Shown: positions 1 to 8,852, counted from the first letter of the stretch. The stretch: DNA of 19,927 nt from Chlamydiota bacterium (GCA_016219355.1 JACRNF010000092.1:1-19927), one strand, 5' to 3'. The notes: generated by a model not told the origin, from the sequence alone. Translations and numbers: made by a program.

Positions 1-344
1 AGCGTAACCACCAATCTCTATATGCGGACCCTTCAGTTCTTGATAAGTTAAAATAAATGACCTGACATAATTTTGTCTTGCTCTATGAAAAAGCGTCGTT
101 CTAAAACGGATGCACCCAATTGGTTTTGATCTTCCCTTTGTTGATCAAGATTGCTTTGAATTCAATGAGCCTGTTATAGTCCCGGCTAAAACGTTATTGT
201 CACAATTAATTTAACACTTTAACTCTAACAATTTTCCAAAACCTCCTTGTCAAAATTTATTTGTTTAAGAAGATTTACAAGAAAGCGTCATTAATGATAA
301 TTTTGGAGTAAATTATTTCTACATAAAATTATTTTGCCAAAAAA

Positions 345-1022
345 ATGACAAAAAAACTACCTATTATTAAAATTCCATCTTTAAAAAGATTGCCAAAACA
401 TATTGGCATTATCCCCGATGGGAATAGAAGGTGGGCTGAACTTAACGGTTTAGCAAAGCATGATGGATATAAACATGGAATTGAGCCGGGTATTAAGCTG
501 TTCGATATATGCTTAAAACTTGGTATTAGAGAAATAACGATTTATGGTTTCACTCAAGACAATACAAAGCGGCCCGCAGCGCAAACTCTAGCATTTCGTC
601 AAGCCTGTGTTGATGCCGTACTTGGCCTTGCCCAAAAAGATGCAGATATTCTTGTAGTTGGAGACTTTCTCTCTTCTAGTTTTCCAAAAAAATTAATCCC
701 TTTTACAAAACGGGGTAAATCCAAAAAGGGATCAATAAAAGTTAATTTTCTTGTAAACTATGGCTGGAATTGGGACTTAAATCATGCTTACACAAATAAA
801 AGTAATAAAAAGTTTATAAATAAGATAGCCTCTTGCGAAATATCCAGGATCGACTTGATTATAAGATGGGGCGGAAGACGAAGATTAAGCGGCTTTTTAC
901 CTATTCAATCAATTTATGCAGACTTTTACGTTATAGATGAGATGTGGCCTGAATTTAAACCCGAGCATGTCTTTGAAGCGCTTAAATGGTACCAAGATCA
1001 AGATATTACTCTTGGCGGGTAG
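345..1022 (+). CDS. uppS: Isoprenyl transferase / undecaprenyl diphosphate synthase (cis-prenyltransferase)
   Basis: 225-aa ORF with the N-terminal substrate-binding motif HIGIIPDGNRRWA. It also has NYGWNWDL and the C-terminal IRWGGRRRLSGFLP...YADFYV..MWPEF block. These align motif-for-motif with E. coli UppS (HVAIIMDGNGRWA / NYGGRWDI / IRTGGEHRISNFLLWQ..LWPDF). Confidence 0.85.
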   Translation: MTKKLPIIKIPSLKRLPKHIGIIPDGNRRWAELNGLAKHDGYKHGIEPGIKLFDICLKLGIREITIYGFTQDNTKRPAAQTLAFRQACVDAVLGLAQKDADILVVGDFLSSSFPKKLIPFTKRGKSKKGSIKVNFLVNYGWNWDLNHAYTNKSNKKFINKIASCEISRIDLIIRWGGRRRLSGFLPIQSIYADFYVIDEMWPEFKPEHVFEALKWYQDQDITLGG

Positions 1023-1032
1023 CTGAACTCTA

Positions 1033-1560
1033 TTAGGAAAGCGTTTTTGTAAGCCAAAGTACAAGGTCATCATCAACAGGATATTTTTCACCGGCTACAA
1101 CAGCTAAGTGCTTATATGTGATACCGCTTCCATCAGGTAAATAACCTAATTTACCGTACAGATTTTGAGCAGGCCCATAGTCTTCGTATAAGCCAACTCC
1201 AATCCCAATCTGCCGAAAGCCTTCCCTTCGAGCTTGATTTTCTAAATAAGCGATTATTCTTTTCCCGATCCCCTTTCTTCGATGCTCTTTCAAAACCCAC
1301 AGATCATTGATCTCAGGGATATTAGCTTTCTTAAAATGCGGATATTCCGAGCTGGAAAGCAAACTTGCATATCCAACCAGCTGCTGTTTTTTTTCTACAA
1401 CTGCTACAAAGCGGATATTTTTATTTTGCTCCTCATAATAATTTTTCCATTTTTCTATCGTTTTTTCAATAGTGGTCCAAGGAAAGCAAAAAATGGTTAT
1501 GATCGATTCAATATCTTGGCTTGTCATTTGTCTTATGATGACATCGTTATTATTTTTCAT
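1033..1560 (-). CDS. GNAT family N-acetyltransferase, AAC(6')-I-like architecture
   Basis: 175-aa ORF with GNAT motif A (LKEHRRKGIGKRIIAYLENQARREGF) and the C-terminal YGKLGY block. The overall pattern resembles AAC(6')-Ii-type aminoglycoside acetyltransferases (VVESSRRKNQIG..YLEKEVASRG.. / YEKLGY). This is a family-level call only. It is convergent with uppS with a 10-bp gap. Confidence 0.7.
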   Translation of the reverse strand: MKNNNDVIIRQMTSQDIESIITIFCFPWTTIEKTIEKWKNYYEEQNKNIRFVAVVEKKQQLVGYASLLSSSEYPHFKKANIPEINDLWVLKEHRRKGIGKRIIAYLENQARREGFRQIGIGVGLYEDYGPAQNLYGKLGYLPDGSGITYKHLAVVAGEKYPVDDDLVLWLTKTLS

Positions 1561-1583
1561 GTATTAGTTACGATACGTCAAAG

Positions 1584-1916
1584 TTATCGATGCAACCGAG
1601 CGGCAATAGCAAAATAGAAAAAATATTTATTAAGATCTTCTAATGTTGTGCCATATTCGCTACCACCACTTATAGCATCACAAAATAGTTCGCGCGCGCG
1701 CGTTAGCTCTTTTAGACGACGACGCCAGCGAGGATCGCTTATTGTTAACTCAAATAGCTCAAAAGCACGTAAAATAGCATTTTCAAAACGTTTTTTATCC
1801 CCTTTAGCGGTAGCAGTAATTGCACGGCTAACTTCGCTACCAATATTTCCTAACTGCTCTGCTAGAGAAAAAGTAAACCATCTTCCTTCAGCCAAAGATT
1901 TATGTTGAAATGACAT
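1584..1916 (-). CDS. Hypothetical small alpha-helical protein (110 aa), GC-rich, second gene of a coupled pair
   Basis: Clean ORF with protein-like amphipathic composition. Its start lies 2 nt after the stop of the upstream gene (1919-2266) and 23 nt before the GNAT. It carries a (CG)6 tract. I recognise no family motif; there is no HEPN Rx4-6H and no RHH. Confidence 0.5.
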   Translation of the reverse strand: MSFQHKSLAEGRWFTFSLAEQLGNIGSEVSRAITATAKGDKKRFENAILRAFELFELTISDPRWRRRLKELTRARELFCDAISGGSEYGTTLEDLNKYFFYFAIAARLHR

Positions 1917-1918
1917 AT

Positions 1919-2266
1919 TTATTCTTCTATAAGTAGATTTACAATTTCTATAATTTTTTTACGGATAGAGGGATCATTTACTCCACGTGAACTATTTCCA
2001 TGTGAAGGTCTTAGATTAATCATTGAATCAAACTCAATAAATTCCTCTCCCATTTTCTCTGGATAAAGGTTGATTCCCCAAAGATCTTGCTGTTTTGATT
2101 CTTGTTCTAATAGAAGCGCTTCTTCATCTGAATGTAATTCTGCGCCGACAACAATAAGCGACCTCTCAACATCTACTACAGCTTTCACCAAATCCCCAAA
2201 TCTCTCTTTAGCTAAATCAGAAATCTCAGATTTTTTAATTTTTTTCTCAATAATTTTAATAGGCAT
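1919..2266 (-). CDS. Hypothetical acidic protein (115 aa), first gene of a coupled pair
   Basis: ORF ending 2 nt before the start of 1584-1916 on the same strand, so the two are translationally coupled. I could not assign a family by eye; there is no GSx(n)DxD nucleotidyltransferase motif. Confidence 0.5.
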   Translation of the reverse strand: MPIKIIEKKIKKSEISDLAKERFGDLVKAVVDVERSLIVVGAELHSDEEALLLEQESKQQDLWGINLYPEKMGEEFIEFDSMINLRPSHGNSSRGVNDPSIRKKIIEIVNLLIEE

Positions 2267-2437
2267 AAAGCATTAAGCTAACTTTATAAAGAAGATTACC
2301 ATTAAATCTTAGGAAATTCAAGGTATTAGATCACAAAAAGTTTATTTTATATCCAACAATCAAAACAAGATTGCAATCTTCACCAAAACCTGTTAATTAT
2401 TAAAAGTATGTTTCACACCTTAAATTTAAGGAAAAAT

Positions 2438-2707
2438 ATGAGTAACCCATTAAAAGTTAAATACTGGTTCAATCTCATCATGTTTTTATTTCTGCTATGC
2501 ACTGCTGCTACAGGATTGATCAATGCCTTCATACAACTTCAGAAAGCACCCATCTTTCTTGGCATGGCCCCAAAGTCCTGGCTGATACTCCATGGCCTTT
2601 TAGGTGTTTCTACTGTGGTATTGATTTTGATCCATCTTGCGATGCATTTTGAATGGCTCTCTTTTGCCAATAAAAAAATTTGGGGAAAAAATCCGCCTAA
2701 AGAATAA
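2438..2707 (+). CDS. Small two-TM membrane protein with conserved His in TM2 (DUF4405-like)
   Basis: AAGGA RBS lies 5 nt upstream of the ATG at 2438. The longest ORF starts at 2408 but has no RBS. Two hydrophobic helices are present. The C-terminal LILIHLAMHFEWL block resembles the DUF4405 H..NW.W ending. Confidence 0.45.
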   Translation: MSNPLKVKYWFNLIMFLFLLCTAATGLINAFIQLQKAPIFLGMAPKSWLILHGLLGVSTVVLILIHLAMHFEWLSFANKKIWGKNPPKE

Positions 2708-2739
2708 GTCCCAAGTTCTATTGATAATCCTTAAAAACT

Positions 2740-3255
2740 CTACTGACTTATTTCAATAGTTATTGAATCCAGATTATTAGACATTTGATCGGTATAACGC
2801 CTCATCTCATCGGAACTAATCTCAAAAGAAATAAAAGACCGTGTCATCAACTTAACCCACACCCAAAAAGAAGATTGGCCCTCTTTTTCCGGAATATAAT
2901 GAAAATGAACATGAAGAACACTCTGACCAGCTTCCTCTCCATTTTTTTGCAAAATCACATAAGACTTTGCCTGAAAAACTTTTTTAGCTGCATCATGAGT
3001 TTTTTTGATCAGTTCGAAAATCGATACGATCTCCTCTTGAGTTAGCTCTTCAAATCTAACTACATGCCGCTTTGGGACAATTAGACAATGTCCTTCAACA
3101 TAAGGCTTATAATTATATAGGCCGACGACAAGATCATCCTCATAAAATTTTTGATATTCTACAACCTTTTTGTCGCAAAAAGGACAATGTTCTTCGGCAT
3201 AAATTATGCCAAAAAGAAGGGGCAAAAGTATCAAAAATTTAAAAATAATTTTCAT
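2740..3255 (-). CDS. Exported HIT (histidine triad) family protein
   Basis: N-terminal signal peptide (MKIIFKFLILLPLLFGIIYA). The HIT motif HVHFHYIP (HxHxHxx) is present and CPFC lies upstream. There is a ~50-aa C-terminal tail beyond the HIT core. Confidence 0.75.
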   Translation of the reverse strand: MKIIFKFLILLPLLFGIIYAEEHCPFCDKKVVEYQKFYEDDLVVGLYNYKPYVEGHCLIVPKRHVVRFEELTQEEIVSIFELIKKTHDAAKKVFQAKSYVILQKNGEEAGQSVLHVHFHYIPEKEGQSSFWVWVKLMTRSFISFEISSDEMRRYTDQMSNNLDSITIEISQ

Positions 3256-3472
3256 AAAAAATTTAAGTTTTTCAGTGAAGATATTACCAGCAAACAGCGT
3301 TTTTTTTCAATTTTTAAAAAAATTATTATATGACCAAGCATCATCCAATTTTTTTTATATTTTTCACCTGAAATTTTTTATGTGACTTTGACATTGCCAA
3401 TAGAATTATTTTTTTAAAAATTTTGCATTTTTATTTAAATTGATATAATATTATTACAAAAAGAATTTAAAA

Positions 3473-4471
3473 ATGAAACTCAAACTTCTAACCTTTTTTT
3501 TATTGATCGTTTTTCAGCTTTTTTCAAATGAAGCTATTTTAAAAAGCAGTTTTATCTTCCAAAATCCCCCTTTTGAATCGTGCCATGCATCAACAATAAC
3601 TGTAACAAAAAACTCCACAATATTAATCAGCTTTTTTGCAGGATCTAAAGAAGGTGAAAAAGATGTAAGAATCTGGCTAGTAGCTTATAACAATAACAAA
3701 TATTCTGAGCCTACAAAAATCGTAGAAACAGACAATATTCCCTGCTGGAATCCTGTCTTATTTACCTATCCGGATGGAGAGATATCTTTATTTTACAAAG
3801 TCGGCAAAAATCCAGAGATGTGGTCTGGATTTTTGAAAAGATCATTTGATGATGGCGCCTCTTGGTCTTCAGAGGAAATTTTTCCTGCCGGAATTTTAGG
3901 CCCAATCAAGAACAAACCTATTTTATTAAATGGCGCTCTTTTATGTCCCTCTTCTATTGAAAGTTATAATGCCTGGGCCTGCTGGATAGATATTACAAAA
4001 GATAGAGGTAGAACCTGGGAAAAAAGCGCCCCCATAGTAGATCCGAAAAATTCTCTTGGAATAATACAGCCTACTCTTTTTATTACAAAAAAAGGAAATA
4101 TTAAACTACTTTCAAGATCGTATACTGAAAAAAAGATATTCACAGCAATATCAATCGATAAAGCAAAAAATTTTACAAAAGCAAAATTTTTAAACCTTTC
4201 AAATCCAAACTCCGGAATCGATTGTGTAAAACTTAAAAACGAAGATGTTTTGCTAGTTTATAATGATTCTACAAGCAATAGATATCCCCTTTCAATTGCC
4301 ATTTCAAAAAATGATGGAAAATCCTTTAAAAAGATTTTAGATCTGGAAAAAGAAGAAGGAGAATTTTCCTATCCTTCTATTATCCAAACACAAGATGGCC
4401 TTGTCCATATTACCTATACTTGGAATAGAAAAAACATTAAACATGTTATTCTAGATCCAAAACTTCTATGA
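3473..4471 (+). CDS. BNR/Asp-box repeat protein, sialidase (GH33)-like, exported
   Basis: Signal peptide. Three Asp-box (SxDxGxTW-type) repeats are present: SFDDGASW, TKDRGRTW and SKNDGKSF. The 332-aa size fits a single six-bladed propeller. The catalytic residues were not verified. Confidence 0.6.
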   Translation: MKLKLLTFFLLIVFQLFSNEAILKSSFIFQNPPFESCHASTITVTKNSTILISFFAGSKEGEKDVRIWLVAYNNNKYSEPTKIVETDNIPCWNPVLFTYPDGEISLFYKVGKNPEMWSGFLKRSFDDGASWSSEEIFPAGILGPIKNKPILLNGALLCPSSIESYNAWACWIDITKDRGRTWEKSAPIVDPKNSLGIIQPTLFITKKGNIKLLSRSYTEKKIFTAISIDKAKNFTKAKFLNLSNPNSGIDCVKLKNEDVLLVYNDSTSNRYPLSIAISKNDGKSFKKILDLEKEEGEFSYPSIIQTQDGLVHITYTWNRKNIKHVILDPKLL

Positions 4472-4476
4472 TATAT

Positions 4477-5058
4477 TTACGAAATTTCGATATCTAAGCA
4501 TTTTAAAAGATTCATTGCTTCCGGAAATGAAAACTTTGCTTTTTCAATGTTATTCGTCTTAAGATCTATCATATAATTTTTTGCATTTGAAAAATCAGCT
4601 TTAAACAAATTGCACTGGTGAAAAGTTGTGCCCAATAGGTCTGTATCATCAAAGCTAGATTCCGATAGGTCGGTATTTTTAAAATAGACTTCCTTAATTT
4701 TTGAGCCTTTAAAGGCTATTCCCTTTAACTTTAGATAAGTAAAATTACAAAGGTTCAAAATACACTTGTTGAAAGCATTATGAAGAAATTTTTCACATTT
4801 GTAAAAATCAAGACCTACTATTTTGCATTCATCGAAAATCGCATCCGATAAACGACATCCTTTAAGATTAATAAGGCTAAGATTGCAATTCTTAAAACGA
4901 CATCCGGTAAAGAAAGCCTGCTGCCAATTGCTCTTCAAAAAGTTGCAATTTTCAAAAACCACATTATCAAACAAGCTCTTTTGCAAATCTTGCTGATTTG
5001 CATCTAAGGATTTAAAGGTCCTGTCCTCATAGGAAAATTCTGGATTTAACTCTGACAT
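4477..5058 (-). CDS. Pentapeptide-repeat protein (Qnr/MfpA-like right-handed quadrilateral beta-helix fold family)
   Basis: Continuous pentapeptide repeats with a Cys or Phe at the central position (FENCNF, FTGCRF, KNCNLS, LKGCRLS, FDECKI, FYKCEK...). It sits 13 nt downstream of the SDR gene on the same strand, consistent with an operon. Confidence 0.75.
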   Translation of the reverse strand: MSELNPEFSYEDRTFKSLDANQQDLQKSLFDNVVFENCNFLKSNWQQAFFTGCRFKNCNLSLINLKGCRLSDAIFDECKIVGLDFYKCEKFLHNAFNKCILNLCNFTYLKLKGIAFKGSKIKEVYFKNTDLSESSFDDTDLLGTTFHQCNLFKADFSNAKNYMIDLKTNNIEKAKFSFPEAMNLLKCLDIEIS

Positions 5059-5071
5059 TGTCTTTTTGTTC

Positions 5072-5977
5072 TCATCTATTGTCTTTGGTTAGATCAGAAT
5101 ACTCCTTCCTCATTTTTTTGGTATACTCGTTACCGGTGATATCTTTTAAACACTCAGAAACTATCTCTTCTACTCTTTTGCTAGATTGATAACGAAGCTT
5201 AGGATTTGGATCTTCAATAACATTTTGTAAAAGTAAGGCAATGTTTTCTGGAGCTTGACAATTTTCTGACACTACTCTTTTTTCTTTAATTTGAGTGTTA
5301 ATTAATTCAAGTATATTTTGATAAGGGTCGTCTTGCAATTGTTTAGATCCAAGCGCAACAAAAAAATTAGTCGCTACCATGCCGGGCTCAACAATCGATA
5401 CTCTAATATCCCATGGCAATACTTCGATGCTCAAGGCTTCGGAAAGTGATTCAATAGCCGCTTTACTGGATGTATAAAGACTGCCATATGGCAAGCCATA
5501 AACTCCTTGCTCGCTGCTAATATTGATAATATGGCCACTTTTTTGTTTTCTCATGTAAGGCAATACTTCTTGGCAGACTCTAATAACGCCAAAAAAATTT
5601 ACATCCATTTCCTTTTGCATTTCTTCAATTGTTAAACACTCAAGAGGACCTCCTAATGCGTAGCCAGCATTATTGATCAAAATATCTATCCTTCCTTCTT
5701 TTTGAATAATAGTATTAACCGCTTTTTTAATTGATGCCGCATCGGTCACATCTAAAACCTCAAATCTAATATTAGAATCAGTTAAATTAGCGACCGAGTC
5801 TAAATTTCTAACTCCGGCATACACAAGATAGCCATTTTCACTAAGGTGCTTCGCCGACTCAAAACCGATCCCTCTTGAGGCTCCTGTAACTAAGACTACC
5901 TTAAGTGAGTTTTGAGAATCGGCAATCAAAGAAACCGCGGATAAAATAAAAAGAAACGCTATCAAAAATCTATTCAT
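5072..5977 (-). CDS. Classical short-chain dehydrogenase/reductase (SDR) with N-terminal signal peptide
   Basis: TGASRGIG cofactor-binding motif. NNAG is present, followed by the catalytic Ser (ISS) and the YxxxK motif (YTSSK). The hydrophobic N-terminus is MNRFLIAFLFILSAVSLIA. Confidence 0.85.
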   Translation of the reverse strand: MNRFLIAFLFILSAVSLIADSQNSLKVVLVTGASRGIGFESAKHLSENGYLVYAGVRNLDSVANLTDSNIRFEVLDVTDAASIKKAVNTIIQKEGRIDILINNAGYALGGPLECLTIEEMQKEMDVNFFGVIRVCQEVLPYMRKQKSGHIINISSEQGVYGLPYGSLYTSSKAAIESLSEALSIEVLPWDIRVSIVEPGMVATNFFVALGSKQLQDDPYQNILELINTQIKEKRVVSENCQAPENIALLLQNVIEDPNPKLRYQSSKRVEEIVSECLKDITGNEYTKKMRKEYSDLTKDNR

Positions 5978-6067
5978 ATTTCCTCCAAAAGTAAAAAAAT
6001 AATATGAAATTTTAATTTCCTATTCAACAAAACTCAAGGTGGTTTTCAACAAAAAACCGCTAATTTA

Positions 6068-6096
6068 TTGAATTTAAGCAAGTACCACTATATAAT
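6068..6096 (+). promoter_or_regulatory. Candidate sigma70 promoter for the SEC-C gene
   Basis: TTGAAT at 6068-6073, a 17-nt spacer, then TATAAT at 6091-6096. This is about 27 nt upstream of the ATG at 6124, in a divergent intergenic region. Confidence 0.3.
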
Positions 6097-6123
6097 TTTT
6101 TTCTAAAAGTTTCCAAAAAAATT

Positions 6124-7608
6124 ATGCCCGAACAAAAACCAAACATAGTCACCCTTGATCGTTTAATTGAAATGATTTGTTATAGTCCACCCGAGCATCA
6201 GCTACTTTTTATAACTCACGTGCAAGAAAATCCCAAAAACGTCGATTTTCTCGATAATACCTTAAAAGAATTGATTTCTTTGGTTACAAAGGATCCTAAA
6301 GGTGATATCTATAGATGGGACATAATTTATATTCTTTTGAATATCCTCGCTTATTGTGAAAGTAAAACAACCTTTTCTTCTCTTTTGTCCCTTTCATCTT
6401 TGGATGTATCCATTCTCGAAAAAAACTTTGGTGAATTTTGTATTATCGAAATATTTTCTCTTTTCATGCCTCATTATATAAATGATTTGGAGCCTTTGAA
6501 AAAGATCATTGAGGATCCCAATATCGCAGATGATTGGAAAGGCTCGGCGATTCTAAGTTGCCTCGAGCTTGTTGCCCTACAAAAAGTTTCCCGTCAAGAA
6601 GTTATCGAGTATTTAAAAAAAATGCTCAAAAAAATTGTGGATGATTATGACCACTCCTATCCTTTCACGGATGAAATTATTAGCATACTCTCTGAACTTA
6701 ATGCTTTTGAAGCGGAAGAAGAAATTAGAGAAGCATATGGAAGATTTCTTGTTTTTGACGAGGAGTTTCCTATTGATGAATTTAATAAAGCTCTCAAAAT
6801 TAGCCCTGAAATTGGGCTAAAAAATCTAATCTCAACAGCTTTTACAAAAGAAGAAATTCTCAAGGATCTTCGTCTTTATGAAAAGGTTTTGGATGATGAA
6901 AAAGCTTCTTCTGAAGATACCCCGGTTCCAAAAAGACCAAGTTTTATTCAACCTTTAGATCAAAACGCCCTTTGTACTTGCAAAAGTCAAAAAAAATATA
7001 AAAAATGCTGCGGAGCCACCGCTCCAAATAATCCTCTGCAAGCCTTAATACCCTCCATTTCCTTTGAGCCGGAGGAGGATTTACATACATTCGAACCTGA
7101 AGATCAAGAAACATTGTTTCAATTATCAGAGCCGGGATTGGTTGAGAGGGATCAAGAAAAAGCTTTGCGAATTTTAAAATACCTGATAGTAAAGTACCCA
7201 AACTTTCCCTTGTTGCATTTTCTTATCCAAGATGTTTATCTTACTCAAAATAATTTAAAAGAATATGTGCAATCTCTTCATCAGGCAATACAACTTTTTC
7301 CAAACGACCTTAATTGTAAGCTGTTGTATGCAGATTATTTATTAAGAAGAGGAGAATTTGTAAAAATTGAAATACTCTTTGATGGTAAGTTTACTCTACA
7401 AGAGCTCTATCCTGAAAAAACCACTTTTAGCCTCTATGATTTCAAACATTTTTCCCTCTTAATGGGAACCTATTTTGCAAAGATCAAAAAAATTCAGCAA
7501 GCCGATCTTTATTTAAGAGCCGTAAAACAATTTATTAATGATGATGAAAGTATTAAAGAGCTGGATCAACTTATCGATTTTGAATATCAAAAATCAATAG
7601 GCAATTAA
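6124..7608 (+). CDS. SEC-C metal-binding motif protein (DUF1186/YecA-like N-terminal region, TPR-like C-terminal region)
   Basis: Canonical SEC-C motif CTCKSQKKYKKCCG at roughly residues 285-298. A candidate sigma70 promoter lies upstream. The downstream gene starts 2 nt after the stop. Confidence 0.7.
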   Translation: MPEQKPNIVTLDRLIEMICYSPPEHQLLFITHVQENPKNVDFLDNTLKELISLVTKDPKGDIYRWDIIYILLNILAYCESKTTFSSLLSLSSLDVSILEKNFGEFCIIEIFSLFMPHYINDLEPLKKIIEDPNIADDWKGSAILSCLELVALQKVSRQEVIEYLKKMLKKIVDDYDHSYPFTDEIISILSELNAFEAEEEIREAYGRFLVFDEEFPIDEFNKALKISPEIGLKNLISTAFTKEEILKDLRLYEKVLDDEKASSEDTPVPKRPSFIQPLDQNALCTCKSQKKYKKCCGATAPNNPLQALIPSISFEPEEDLHTFEPEDQETLFQLSEPGLVERDQEKALRILKYLIVKYPNFPLLHFLIQDVYLTQNNLKEYVQSLHQAIQLFPNDLNCKLLYADYLLRRGEFVKIEILFDGKFTLQELYPEKTTFSLYDFKHFSLLMGTYFAKIKKIQQADLYLRAVKQFINDDESIKELDQLIDFEYQKSIGN

Positions 7609-7609
7609 T

Positions 7610-7924
7610 ATGGAACAAAAAATAAGCAACGCATTTTTGACTTTTCAAAAAGAGAGCCCCAAACATGCACAAGCATGGAGTGAACTGGTAAAAAATTTAA
7701 GCAAAGCAAATGCTTTAGATCCTAAAACCACAGCTTTAGCTTACCTTAGCATACTCGCTGTTTTAGGATTAGAGAGCGGGATTCCTTTTCATGTACAAGA
7801 AGCTAAATTAGCAAAAGCCACCAAAGAAGAAGTAATTTCAGCAATTTTACTTGGACTCCCCGCCGCGGGAAATAAAGTGATTCAAGCTTTGCCAATAGCT
7901 TTAAAAGCTTATGATGAGCGTTAA
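7610..7924 (+). CDS. Carboxymuconolactone decarboxylase (AhpD-like) family protein
   Basis: 104-aa protein of the size and helical pattern of the CMD/AhpD core (..DPKTTALAYLSILAVLGLESGIPFHVQ..). It starts 2 nt after the stop of the SEC-C gene. Confidence 0.6.
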   Translation: MEQKISNAFLTFQKESPKHAQAWSELVKNLSKANALDPKTTALAYLSILAVLGLESGIPFHVQEAKLAKATKEEVISAILLGLPAAGNKVIQALPIALKAYDER

Positions 7925-7932
7925 AACGTTCA

Positions 7933-8709
7933 TCATTCCATGAATATGCAAGAAAAATGACCGCCGAAAAACGATTCCCCCTTTTGGGTAGAGCGCCTAC
8001 AACTAAAAAATCTCTTCTCATCTAAACAGGTATCAAAAGCAACTTCTGATGAAACTGTTTTGATATTTAGCTTAAAAAGACGTCCCTTAACAAATCCTAT
8101 TAAATCAAAAAAAAAGTGTTTCATTTTTTTAGCCTCTTTAAAGTAGCGTTGATTATTTAGATCTTCATCTAAAAATTGTTGATAGAATTCATAACCAACT
8201 TCATAAGAATTCTGGCCAATACAGGGACTGATAGCCGCTATAATATGAAAAGGATCCGCTCCTAAAGAAAGCATTTTTTCAATAGTTGATTCGATAATTC
8301 CGCCTTTAGCTCCACGCCATCCAGCATGTGATAAACCAATAACCTTAGCCTGGCTATCTGCAAGAAGTATAATGGGACAATCAGCGCTATCTGTGCCTAA
8401 TATAATCTTTGGCAGATTGGTAACCATAGCATCTGCCATAGGTTTTAGCTCCTCAGGCCAAGCTTTGTCTACAATAACCGCCTGATTGCTATGCATGTTC
8501 TTCACCGTAACTAATGAATCTAATGAAAATCCAAAATAAGAAGTTACAAGGCGTCTATTTTCTCGTACATCATCAGGATTATCTTTACTAGCATAAGAAC
8601 AATTTAAAGATGTAAAAACTCCCGAGCTCACACCACCTAACCGAGTAAAAAAACCATGCTGGACCATTTTTAGTTTTTTCAATTTTGTATCTTCAAGCAC
8701 TTCTAACAT
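7933..8709 (-). CDS. pgeF: Peptidoglycan editing factor PgeF / YfiH (DUF152, laccase-domain purine nucleoside phosphorylase family)
   Basis: HGFFTRLGG near the N-terminus. The conserved HAGWRG and SPCIG..YEVG blocks match the YfiH family. Confidence 0.8.
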   Translation of the reverse strand: MLEVLEDTKLKKLKMVQHGFFTRLGGVSSGVFTSLNCSYASKDNPDDVRENRRLVTSYFGFSLDSLVTVKNMHSNQAVIVDKAWPEELKPMADAMVTNLPKIILGTDSADCPIILLADSQAKVIGLSHAGWRGAKGGIIESTIEKMLSLGADPFHIIAAISPCIGQNSYEVGYEFYQQFLDEDLNNQRYFKEAKKMKHFFFDLIGFVKGRLFKLNIKTVSSEVAFDTCLDEKRFFSCRRSTQKGESFFGGHFSCIFME

Positions 8710-8852
8710 TTAGTTTTCCATTATGCTACCAGCAATATTTTAAGCTAATCTTTGGGTTTGTACCAACCTTTTATCTTTATATAAAAATCAAATGTTTACA
8801 TTTTTTTGTTTGCATGGTAATTAAAAAGAAAAGACAAAACTTTAGGTAATTT

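Noticed and set aside
909-1091. 60-aa minus-strand ORF overlapping the uppS 3' end and the GNAT 3' end
   Set aside because: It is fully nested in or overlaps two well-supported genes. It is short and has odd composition.
1282-1617. 111-aa plus-strand ORF antisense to the GNAT gene
   Set aside because: It lies on the opposite strand of a motif-supported GNAT. It is Phe/Ile-rich, which is a typical antisense artefact in AT-rich DNA.
1648-1908. 86-aa plus-strand ORF antisense to the 110-aa small gene
   Set aside because: It is Arg/Ser-rich and low-complexity. The minus-strand frame is more protein-like and is translationally coupled to its neighbour.
2070-2276. 68-aa plus ORF antisense to 1919-2266
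   Set aside because: It is Ser-rich and low-complexity, and nested within the opposite-strand gene.
2785-3333. Plus-strand ORFs 2785-3045 and 3151-3333 inside or against the HIT gene
   Set aside because: They are antisense to the HIT CDS and Lys/Phe-rich, so they are spurious.
3388-3449. TTGACA (3388) and TATAAT (3444) motifs upstream of the sialidase-like gene
   Set aside because: The spacing of about 50 nt is incompatible with a single sigma70 promoter. Such hexamers occur by chance in AT-rich DNA.
6635-7201. Small ORFs 6635-6820 (+), 6657-6863 (-) and 6944-7201 (-) within the SEC-C gene
   Set aside because: They are nested in a long gene supported by a SEC-C motif.
7803-8021. 72-aa minus ORF spanning the CMD gene end and the pgeF end
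   Set aside because: It overlaps two supported genes and is Leu-rich and low-complexity.
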